DNA from: Epiperipatus broadwayi
Lineage: Eukaryota > Animalia > Onychophora
Length of the DNA: 64,000 nucleotides
Assembly: GCA_028023455.1 (NCBI GenBank)
Contig: JAQFVV010000005.1
Location: 11,222,001-11,286,000, forward strand
Reading direction: 5' to 3'
In this document: positions 53,007-64,000 of the stretch, piece by piece
Layout: each line of letters starts with the position of its first letter
Numbering within the stretch: position 1 is the stretch's first letter
The notes under the pieces: generated by a model
Database searches by the model: none
What the model saw: only the letters and a program-made list of their open reading frames with translations
Told to the model about the DNA's origin: nothing
Position numbers and translations under genes: made by a program

Positions 53007-56000
53007 TTTTCCAGTTTTTGGAAGTGTTAGAATTGTTCAAATTGATTTGGAAAAGATATGTTTTTTTACTTCTGTAAAAACTTTTTTATCTATTTTAAAA
53101 TAATTTAGCAAGAATTTACCTTATAATTCAACATTTTGTTTTTGTTATAAATTATTAAAACTTATTTCCCATAACAGAAAACTTCATTGATAACAATTTT
53201 CTTAATCATTTTTGTGAGAAAGAATATCAATCATAATTTTTATGCATTTTTAATTTTATATCTAAATAAATTATTTTATGTATTCCTTTAAGTGCATTTA
53301 CATGTATCCTGTTGTCATTGTTCTTGAGAGTTTACATTAAATGCTTTTTTATGTTGAATCTTTTCATTAAAATAATTAACAGATCACATTTGCAAATAAG
53401 TATTGACATATTACCAATATAATTAAATGAATCTAGCTAAAATAGCACTAAAAATAAAATTTCAGCTAAAAATTCACTGCATAAATATTTTTGTATAATT
53501 TTAAATATTAGAGGGAAAATTAAAATCATTAAAACCAAGCTAACATGTCTATAAGCTGTAAGAAGATTTTGTATGGTAATAGTAAAATGTAGTGCTTCAT
53601 ATTAGAATTCTAAGTGCTTTAGACATTAAGATTTAGAAGTAAATCAATTTGAAGATGTGTTAATTTCACATCCAGCTTAGAATATACTTGCGGTCTTTTT
53701 AGAAGACATGATCAATGAAATATATTCCATACTTCTAGATCAGCAAATTTTTCATCCTTAAAAATGAGCTATTTTTTTCTCAAATATTTTTTTTGAAATA
53801 ACTTTTTGCGATGTGTAACGGCAATTTTCATATTAGTTTTAATGTGTTCCAATATAATATATCTTATTCAATATAAAAACAATGCACATCGTTGAAAATT
53901 AATCCTTATTACTTCACAGAAGTGCTGCCAATGTTTCAATGGCTAATCAAATACTGTGCTTTTTTCCAAAACTATATTGATTACATCTTTAATAATACTT
54001 AAAAAATCTGTGATTATTGTAATTATTAGAAAATAAAACAAAATCAACTGAAAATGATAATATTAATACTTTCAATGATCAAAATTTGATATTACATAAG
54101 CTATTTGAAAGAAGCATTCACATTAGATGGTTCTGCAGTTTCTTCCAAGAATTTGATCATATGTAAATTTGAAGTGCTTCAGATGTGATTTACTGCTAAT
54201 CTAAACAAAACAAAAGAAATACAATGAATATGCAGATAGAAAGTAATAACTTCAAAATATCAAACAAAAATCCTTACTCAAACAATTCTATAAATTATTT
54301 GCATAAGAATATTTGTTTAAAATATATATATACATGTAGTCCTTTAATTATGAAAGGAAGCAGTCTGTTAAATTCTAGTTGTAGTTGAATTTTATATAAA
54401 TTCACATTGTTATATGTTAAGCATTAGTCATAGTGCAGAATGTATACCAGGAAGGCAAAAGTGGACAGTTTTTTAATTTAATAATTTTATTGTCATTACA
54501 AGAATAACAGTCAAATTACAATTAAGTACAAGCTCTTAAGTGCTTGAATTGCTGGCCTTTAGCATTTACATATTTCAGTAGTCTAATTTCTACAGCCAAA
54601 CACACTTTGACACAAAGGTTTTTATACCTACTTCTGCACCACCACCCCATATATTAACAAATGAAAAATTAATCACTACAATGAAATCACAAGAGATGTT
54701 TATGGAGCATGAACATGAATGAGAATTGAGGATAATATTGACTCAAACACTTTTTTTTTTTTGCTCTTTATTTATGTAAATCAGATTATTTAAGCAGAGG
54801 ACACAGTACATGAAAATAATATATTTGCAAACAATAACAAATTGAAGAAATTATGATTTAGAACAAAATGAGAAAATTGTAGAAACATCATTAAAAACAA
54901 GAAATGCCAGTTTCATTGGCTAAAACATGAAATCATTTACCAAAAATTTCCAGATATTATATTCTTTCCAAAATCTTATAGTGATTACATATTTAAAGAT
55001 AATATTTAAGATAATCACCTGGAAATGATATTATTAGCAATCCCAATGAAAGTTCAATAATATACATACACACACATAGTTTGAAAATTATTCAAGAAAT
55101 CACATGTATTCATATTTGCATACTATAAATGGGTAATATGACGCAGACCTTTATATATTTATATACAGTTAACTGTAAGAAATAAACAAACACAAAATAA
55201 TTACTGTAAGAAATAAATAAACACAAAATAATTACTAATGGTAGATTGGAAACTTTTAAAAAGTACATACAAAAAGAAAATAAAAAATTATTGAATAATA
55301 ATCAGAAACATAAAAGATTGATAGATTTCTTTAAGAAATAAATAAAAATCTAAATTCATAAAGTGTGACATCTCTCCAGATGATTGCATTCAGGTACTGA
55401 GGCCATTTACATGTTTTCTTTCTTGTTCTATATTTTATTAATAATAGCTTACTGAGGTCATCTACAAGTTTTCTTGCTTGTTCTATATTTTATTAATAAT
55501 AGCTATATATCCATTTACTTGCTAATAATTGGATGAGCTACTGAATTGACTATGGGCTCAATGCTTGATATAAAATGGTGAGTTTGTTTAGAAATCTTCA
55601 ACTACCTGAAAAAATTTCCAAATTTTATTCAAATTAGTACCACACATCCTGTGTAGAGTATTATACTATGAAGTCCTTTCAGGAAAAATAATATGACCAC
55701 GAATGCTTAAGAAGAAAAATTGCTATCCAAGAACAAACACCTTTCTCACTAATTACTGTTTTAAATTTAGTGAATATCTTCTCTTTTTTTGGAGAAATGG
55801 ATGTACTTACTCTAAAGTGAAACTTTTCCATTAAGTATTAATATAAATAACTCAAGTGGGACACTTTATAGATGAGAAATATTCTCTAACATCAATTTTG
55901 ACAATAAGCACTATTTCCCAAGATGATTCAAATACTGTAATCAATAATTTATCTCTTACTTTTTACCTTCGATCATTGATGTTTCATCCATAGATCTAGT

Positions 56001-57637
56001 CAGCCTCAATTCTCAATAATGTTTTACTTAAAAAAAATCATGTTTAGCATCTCAATATAGTATTGTTAATTAGTCATGTCTGACTTCCTTTGTATAAAAT
56101 TACATTTTTCAAAACATGCTAACACGTGCTTCCTCTTTTATAAAAAAGTTGAAATATAAATTTTTTTAAAACTTAATGTAATTGTTTATTGGAATAATAT
56201 AATGTATAAGTAAATAGAAAAATATGATATTAAACCAAAAGCTATTAATTAATTGCTATCCATATCAAAGGCAGCTCATGAAATTTTTAAGCAGGGATAC
56301 TCTATTATATTATCGCCATCAAAATGTAAGCAAAAGAATAAAACAAGAGCATTTCTAATTTCACAACCACATAATCATTTTATTGTCCTATATCAATCAT
56401 TGTTAAAAGATCCAGTCTATCTGTGCATGTATAATATATATGCGAATGTAAATAAAGTTTATTATTTAATCATGTAAATATGTGCAGATAATATGTGAAT
56501 AAAATATCTCATTTTTATGCTACTCTAAAAAAATCTACTTATGCCAATCATACATTTAAACATACATTAAACATTAATTATGCTAATGAGAAATAATTAT
56601 GCAAAAAAATGGAGACTCATTAAAAAACCCTGCTAGGAATTGTGTGTGTAAGCATAATAATAGGGAGTCCATGGATATGATAACTGTCAAAGATTAGAAT
56701 CATCATGAATAACATATATAATTTTGTTATACATGAATTGATGTATGAAGAACTTTCTTCATTTAAGACACTATGCAAAGGCTATAATTATCTACTGTGC
56801 ATGTGTAGAAATTGACACACAGCCAAGCAGAAGCTTATTTATAGACTTGAGATTTTTGTAATAAAATTTCTGATTGTTCTTTACTCTTTTTTTTTTCTAT
56901 TTTGTTATTTGACATTAAATAAATTTGTTCGGTTATTTTAAGTTATATTGGGTTTATTTAAACTTTCCATGATAATAATGCTCTGGAAATATAGCAAGGA
57001 CAAATGTACTTTTTGTTTTTACTAACTGCTGTTTATTATTTGGAATAAATCAACTTTTATTTTTTATTTCGATTTTTTCATAAAATGTCAATTGGGAAAA
57101 TATAATTTTTTTATATATTCAACACTAGTATTCATCATGATAAATATTTATAATAATATTTCGTTTATTATTTTGTTATATTTTTCTGTAATAAATATTT
57201 TATTTTAATTTATAAATGTTAATTACAAGAAGAAAACTGAATATTTTATTGCTCATCCTAAACGAAAACAAAAATTTATTTGCTCTGAAGAGAAATCTAT
57301 ACCATGCTCAAATAACTATTGATGCTGCCACAGCCAGAAGCTACAATGGCAGTAGTTCTGACAATGCTAATTAGCAGTGTCTTTAAATAGAATCTCAAGA
57401 ATCACTTAAAATAATTTTTAAAAACGACTTAAATAATTGTCTTTACATAATAATTATGTAAAATATTGAATGAATTTTATATTATTGATATTTTTAAACA
57501 CAAATTTAATAATTAGTTTTCGTATTTTTTTCTGGTAATGCTGCAGCATCACAACACATATAAACCAGCTGCCACTGATCCACATTTTAAATTAACAAAC
57601 AACAGTAATACATAAATAATATACAAAATCATAACAT

Positions 57638-57889
57638 TACAAAACTAGCCAAAAATCAAAATTTTACTATAATTCTCTCACGATCATGGTTTCATCTATT
57701 AACAAATAGACCTAAAGTAAAACTCAACAAATTATAAACAACATGTATATTAAAAACAAAATACCCTCCTCTCCATATGTTGTTTGAAATTTGTTGAATT
57801 TCATTTCACTTGAAAAAGTCTATTTGTTAATAGATGAAACCATGGTGTGAGAGAATTTTGGTGAATTTTGTTTTTTGGCTAGTTTTGTA
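57638..57889 (+). mobile_element. Foldback element carrying a U3-A8 hammerhead
   Basis: Arms tacaaaactagccaaaaa...catggtttcatctattaacaaatagac...aaacaacat / atgttgttt...gtctatttgttaatagatgaaaccatg...ttttttggctagttttgta; tentative TSD taatacataaa at 57606-57616 and 57935-57945. Confidence 0.8.
57804..57852 (+). ncRNA. Type I hammerhead motif, U3-A8 variant
   Basis: tttcac-TTGAAAA-A-GTCTATT tgtt AATAGAT-GAAA-CCATGG-T-gtgaga: 6-bp helix I, 7-bp helix II, palindromic CCATGG. C17 is deleted here but retained in the mirror arm (minus-strand GAAACCATGATCGTGAG). Confidence 0.7.
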
Positions 57890-58778
57890 TTTCTATTTTT
57901 ATTTATCATTACTGGTATATAATTAGGCAATATTTAATACATAAACAGTATTGAATATAGTAATAACAATATATAAAAGACAAAAAAAAAATGATTTGCT
58001 ACAAATTTACAAAATTTTAAAATATGAAATAGAAAAAATATATACTATTTTGAAGATTAAAATAATATAAATTTCGTATAATAAAATTCAATTGAGGAAA
58101 TAAGAGACATATTTGTGCACCAAAATCTAGATGATATAAATAATAAAGTAAAAGAATACTAAACAAGTGTTTGAAATAACGTTATGCATGCAAGCTATAC
58201 GACTATAAACTATTTTAATAATTAATATAAATTTATAATTAAAAAAAAGTTCACATTATTATATAACGTAAAATTTACAATATCGAATATAAGTTAAAAA
58301 TATATAAAACTATTTTATTCAAAAAGCAATGTCTAAAGGCATAATTAATATAATTTAATTAGCACATAGAGACAGAAAAACCATAAATGATGTAATAATA
58401 CTTAATGTAAATTTAACAACAACAAAAAATATGAAGTTAAAATCAACTAATAAAGCTTCTGGGCGCACCTAAAATCTTGGTTTTTTTTTTTTTAATTCAT
58501 TAATTAAATGTTTATAATCAAATGACAATAACACTAAACACTGGACAAATATTTTTATGCATATTCTCCCACTAGAGGTCAGTTAATGTAATTTAAGGAC
58601 GAGATTAATTTATTTTTATTATTTAGCTAAGTAGTCATGTATAATTATTTTATTTGCGGGAAAAAAATTTCTTGAAACATTAGAATTAAAATTTAGTATA
58701 GTATTGTGTAATGATAACCTATACCTATACGTAAACTTCCCTTGAACACGCAGTTAACGGTGAAATTAAAATACTAAG

Positions 58779-58825
58779 TGGCTGAGCGCTTTCGAGGAAT
58801 TTTTATATCCTCATAATCATAGCCA
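58779..58825 (-). ncRNA. Minimal type I hammerhead ribozyme, A3-U8 variant, apparently intact
   Basis: Minus strand TGGCT-ATGATTA-T-GAGGA tataaaaat TCCTC-GAAA-GCGC-TC-AGCCA: perfect 5-bp helix I and helix II, palindromic GCGC helix III, CUC triplet. Confidence 0.78.
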
Positions 58826-59711
58826 AAGAGTTATCTGGGAACAAATGTGGAATATATAAGCAAAAGATATTCAAAAATATGAAAATTGTGAATTAAAGAG
58901 TCCATTTCTTGGAGTGGGAAAGCATGATTCCTTTCGGTTTATAGCCTCATTGATCTTGCGCTTGGCATCATTTTGTTCTATACATGCAATATTAGCCATG
59001 GAAGGTTCAGAAGTATTTGTCAGTGGATTTCTAGTGTTCAAGAAAAATTGGAACTATGTTCGGGCTTAGTATTGTATGAAAATGATAGGCAATATATGGT
59101 TGAAAACATTTTTAATTTTTTAAAAACATAAACATATTGACTGTACTACTATATCACTTGCATTCTTATACCTTATTTTAAAAAATAAAATGTATTTGTG
59201 GTTTTATTTTTATACTCATTTTGATATTTAGTGATTAAATTGAATACTTTGCAGTAAACATAATGTTAACCTTTAATAGCCGTAATTTTAAAATACGAAT
59301 ATTAAATCAGTGCAGAATGCTTTTATTTTTTGCAGACTGTTTTTGAGTAATATTTTTCTTATATATTCAAAAAATTTGAAACTAGCTGTATATATGTGCA
59401 GAAACGTACCAAAGATATTTGATTTTCTAGTGCCCTCTTCCGATCCCTATTAGCTGGAATATTCAAGCAAAAGCTGAAAGTTAATTCAAATTTCCTTTCT
59501 AAAAGCACGGAAAATATTAAAGATAAAATAAAACTTAAGAATATCTTGCACAATAAAGAATTGTTAACCTTGTTTTTATAGGATGATTATGTATATTTAA
59601 ATTAACTACGATCTATTAGTTACTTTCTCTAAGGCATTGTACATAATAATTATAATAATGTACAAGGCTAAATGATTTTATAAATAATCATTAAAAACTC
59701 AATACTTAGAC

Positions 59712-60067
59712 CAGGGGTCCCCAACCCTATGCCCGCGGGCACCATGGTGCCCGCAGACCATTTTACGTGTGCCCACCGTTATCCAAACATGATAAATAAT
59801 TATTTATCTGATACAAATAAATTTAATTTTTAAAATTTCTCATAAATTATTGTATTATATTGTAATCAAATTGTAGGGCATACTATACTTTTACAGTGTA
59901 AAAATATAAACGTTAATTATATGTTAAAATTTTATTTTTGAAATAAATATTTTTTTGTACATTAACAATATCCAACTATAAATTTACATTTAAAAAATAA
60001 ATGGTGCCCGTCACTTGACCGGTATTGTAGAATGTGCTCTTATGTGCAAAAAGGTTGGGGACCCCTG
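59712..60067. mobile_element. hAT (Buster/Charlie-type) MITE, family H1 copy 2
   Basis: Perfect TIRs CAGGGGTCCCCAACC / GGTTGGGGACCCCTG; perfect 8-bp TSD ACTTAGAC at 59704-59711 and 60068-60075. Confidence 0.93.
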
Positions 60068-60412
60068 ACTTAGACAATAACAATCAACAATTTCCTAACT
60101 GTTGTCAAGGCAACCTTTTAACAGTAAAGATAGAATCCCACACTTATTAATGGTCTAATATACTTAATATAGATACTAAAGATTGCTATTGCAACTTGAC
60201 TACAGAGTTTGAAGTTTAAATAAACCTTTTTAAACAGGTAAATAAAACCTATTCTGAATGCAGGCTAATAAATAGTAAATTAAAACATTATAAACTGCAG
60301 TTATAAATTTCAAATTGCATCCAAAGTATTACTTAAATAATAAGTGTAATAATGCTCAAGGATAAATGGGTTTATAAGTAATACTTATATAATACATTGG
60401 GATTGTCTAAGT

Positions 60413-60813
60413 CAGGGATGCCCAACCTGTAGCTCGTGAGTCACATGTGGCTCGCATTGCACTCTTCAAGAAAAAATGATAAAATATTTTATGTTCTTTG
60501 ACCCCTCATGTACACACTAAAAAATAAACATTTTTACAATACAAACGATAATGATATGCAGTGTCAGGTTTCACATTAAATAAAAGAAAATATACTTTTC
60601 CTGTAATTGTAATTTATATGTATGTTACCAAATTTTTAATAAATAAAATGTATTTACATTTTTTTTTCTTTTTAACATATTACACCAGTTTTTTTTTAGC
60701 TTGTGAATTATGTTTATAAATGTAATATGAAAAATGGAATATATAATTGTGGCTCCCCAAATTTTTTTAAATTCTCAATTGGCTCGCGTCCAGTTAAAGA
60801 TTGGGCATCCCTG
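60413..60813. mobile_element. hAT (Buster/Charlie-type) MITE, family H2
   Basis: TIRs CAGGGATGCCCAACC / GATTGGGCATCCCTG; perfect 8-bp TSD GTCTAAGT at 60405-60412 and 60814-60821; interior unrelated to H1. Confidence 0.92.
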
Positions 60814-61594
60814 GTCTAAGTGTTGACTGGTTTTTAATGATTACTTATAAACCCATTTAGCCTTGGGCATTATTGCACTTATTATTTAAATAATACTTTG
60901 GATGCAATTTGAAATTTATGATTGCTGTTTGTAATGTTATAATTGACTATTTACTAGTCTGCATTTAGAATAGGTTTTATTTACCTGTTTTAAAGAAGTT
61001 TATTTAAACTTCTTTGTATCAATAATTTCAAACTCTACATCAAAAGGATGTTGCCTTAACAATGGTTTGGAAATTGTTATTGATATTGTCTGATTGGTTT
61101 TTATTGTATATAATATTATACATAAACATATATAATTAAGTTCTAACTAGTAACCACCTAAACATTCACAGTAAAATATAGTAATCAATATTTCTCACTG
61201 CTGTCAAGGCAACCTTCACACCTTTTAATAGCAAGAATGAAAATCCATTCTTACTAATGGTCCATTGAATATATATGGACACATATATATAAGCATAACT
61301 TTACATATTTACAATGAAAAATGAAATATCTAGTGATACTATAGGTTCACACAGACTTGAGAGAATTATTTCATAAAGGTAATTACTATCATAATAATAT
61401 AGAAAATATACTAATTAAATTTTAAATGTATTTAATAAAATATAAAATGGCATGAATACAAAATGTGCTGTATTCTAACACAATGAGAGTAAAGCAGCCT
61501 AGTGCATTCATGTATAAATACATATTAAGGTAGAATGTATAAATATATTTTGGAATGGAATAAATATTATGTGCCTATATATTGTGCCGGTAGA

Positions 61595-61900
61595 ATGATG
61601 TACATCGGTTTAACCCAGTTCAAATACTAGGCAAAAGTATCTCGAGGCCACTCATATGCGAGATATAAAAATCAAGAATACTAAGGCCTCTGCCCTATTC
61701 GTCTATTTTTGAGTCTAACCACGAACCAACAACATGTCCATGACATGCATAAATTATTTTATAACCCTGGCCCACAGCTTAGCATCAGGGAGAGACAATG
61801 GCCTAGAATACTTACGGAACTAACTAAGTTAAATGTGTACATAATATAACATGAGTTGAGTGTTGGTGTGTGCTTGGATCATTGGACAAGTAATATAAAA
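61595..61900 (+). mobile_element. Possible tRNA-headed SINE remnant
   Basis: B-box-like ccagTTCAAATactagg at the start of a GC-richer 300-bp patch; no second copy or TSD found. Confidence 0.25.
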
Positions 61901-62980
61901 GGTTAAGTAACATAAAAGGTTAAGCTAATAAAAGGTTGAAATAACATTAGAAGACTAGTTTAAATAATATATTTCAATAAACATAATTTTAAAATATTTG
62001 AAATGTTTTAATTATCTCCGCTATTCCCCGATTGATTACTGATAAATAATTTTACAATGAGGCGGATGGCAATTACGTAATATTTTGCGGTCTAAGTATT
62101 ACTTTCCCAATTTAAATAAAATTATTAACTCGTGTCCCCTCAATAAAGCAAAATTAAAATAACTCTTTCACAAAGCATTCTCTCGTTGCTTTGTGCTTTA
62201 TAAACAATTTTAAAATATTTAAAGACATCATTAAATAACTAATATTTAACTATGGGACTAAAAGCGAACAAAGTAGGCGTTATCGGGGAGATCAAGTTGG
62301 CAAACAAAAGGAAATTTAATTAGTATTTAAGTTACAGATATTATTTTAAATTGAAAATATTTTTAAATGAAAAATAATTTGCACCACAATGAAACAAGAA
62401 AGCATTTATATAACACACTAAAATGAGGAATAGCGAAGGGGAAAAATTTAAGTATAAAATAGACGATCAAACTAAAGATAAATATAAATCTAATATTAGT
62501 CTAATAAGAGAAAAAACAGTTACATTATAAATATAAATTAAAGAAACAATTAGCAAAAGGCATTTATAAAAAGGTAAAGTAATAGTTAATGAGGAGACAT
62601 ATAAAGTTACCAGACTTTGTTCCTTTGGTCCAGTTCCCTGGATGTCCATGGCTTGATTACGTACGTAGAGTGATTTGTCAAGGGATTTGAAATATGCAGC
62701 ATTTTTACACAAAGGGCACACACATGGCTCACAGTTCGGGCTTACTATTGGTTTAACATGCTACGGCATTTTGATGGATTTAGGACCCCGATGGCAGGCA
62801 AAGCTGATGAGCCTAGCCACCATACATGGTCACGTCCACCAAATTAATAGAACTTTTAACAGGTAGCATGTTGGACTTAGAGCAGGAATTTTCCGCAAAA
62901 TTAGGACTCCATTGTTTTCCGCATTAATTTTCAGAGCAACCTAAGAGGATCACTTAAAACACAAAATGCCAAATCATCGA

Positions 62981-63189
62981 AGCACAGGATCTGAATAAAT
63001 CTTCAAGCACTAAATCAGAATAATTTAACTGAACAAAATCTGAATAAATTCCAGAACAAAATCTGACTGATTTTAAAAGCAAAATCTGAATCATTCAGGA
63101 ACAAAATCTCAATGAATTCTAAAAGCAAATCTGAATCATCTCAGGAACAACATCTGACTGATTTTTAAAAGCAAAATCTGAATAATCTA
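62981..63189. repeat. Minisatellite, about 9 x 21-25 bp with an alternating dimer
   Basis: Units gaacaaaatctga(a/c)t... alternate with agcaaaatctgaatca..., giving a higher-order unit of about 46 bp repeated about 3 times. Confidence 0.75.
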
Positions 63190-64000
63190 GTCTTTTGTTC
63201 TCCCTACCTTTTATATCTTTCTGGAGATACTCTTCTATTGTTTTGCGTATGATTTTAGATCTTGATAAGCCCCCTACGCTCCTTTGTTTCGAAGTAACTT
63301 TTTGCTAAAAATAAACTTTAATTTCTTATTATCGAATTATGCATTTTAACTTCGATTTTGATTTAATTAAAAAGGCCATCTTTAATTTGCCTTGAATGGA
63401 CTAACTAATTGAACAAATGCTATTCCTTTAGAAATGCTAGCAGGCTTATCTTAAAATAAAATCATATGCCATATTTTAACAAAAATTAAAAATAAAATAA
63501 CATTTTAGTTCAACAGAATTTTGCATTTAATCACGTATATATACGCTTCCATATATATGTTTAATTAATAAATTTTGAAAAGGAAATTTTAATAACAATT
63601 TAATCTTAGACAGAATTTTATTTTAAAAGAAATATTTTAAAGTAATTAGCTAATTTAATAAGCGTTAAATGTACAAAATGAAACACGTTAATTTTATATT
63701 TCATACAAAACCCTGTTGATACTTGGATATTAACTTAACCCAGGTTTACAATATTGGTAAGTTTATAGAAAGCTGTGAAGCATGGATCAGACTTCTGGAT
63801 CCATTGCTTCAATATATATATATATTAAAATAGTAAAATAAAATACTATGTATTAATAAAAATTAATTCTTGTATTTGTGCATGCAATAAATGAAGAATA
63901 GGTATCATGCTGGATTTGAAAGAATGTAAAGCAGGCTCATATAACTATAAGATGTGTTTTTTAAGCAGCTAATATAGCATCAAAAGATTATATATGGCCA

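Larger units (their letters stand above)
59650..61110. repeat. Tandem plus inverted array of a repeat unit of about 370 bp hosting two hAT MITEs
   Basis: 60076-60382 is the reverse complement of about 60838-61105; the unit end (aataatg.acaaggctaaatg...taatcattaaaaac) recurs at 59655-59700; a further partial direct copy lies at 61200-61262. Confidence 0.7.

Noticed and set aside
63775-63815. Short hairpin gaagcatggatc/gatccattgcttc
   Set aside because: Isolated stem of about 13 bp with no second copy, ribozyme core or TSD.

Overview
AT-rich, CpG-depleted eukaryotic DNA, probably from an arthropod (inference from base composition, TE types and zinc-finger style). It holds two convergent tandem C2H2 zinc-finger ORFs (13240-14736 +, 15 fingers; 52137-53006 -, 7 fingers) that share a detached, conserved C-terminal finger. 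It also holds TE fossils: a Buster/Charlie-type hAT transposase, a mariner, an RTE LINE, three hAT MITEs with nnnTAnnn TSDs and two tRNA-Ala-derived SINEs. The most striking signal is about ten long inverted-repeat (foldback) elements. Several are asymmetric and flanked by 11-14 bp target-site duplications of variable length. Several carry minimal type I hammerhead ribozyme motifs with palindromic helix III (CTAG, GCGC, CCATGG, CATG), and the 3-8 core pair occurs in three forms: C3-G8, U3-A8 and A3-U8. I interpret them as non-autonomous Penelope-like/retrozyme-type ribozyme retroelements rather than DNA MITEs. No Penelope RT/GIY-YIG ORF is visible in the window. All motif and homology calls were made by eye; no searches were run.
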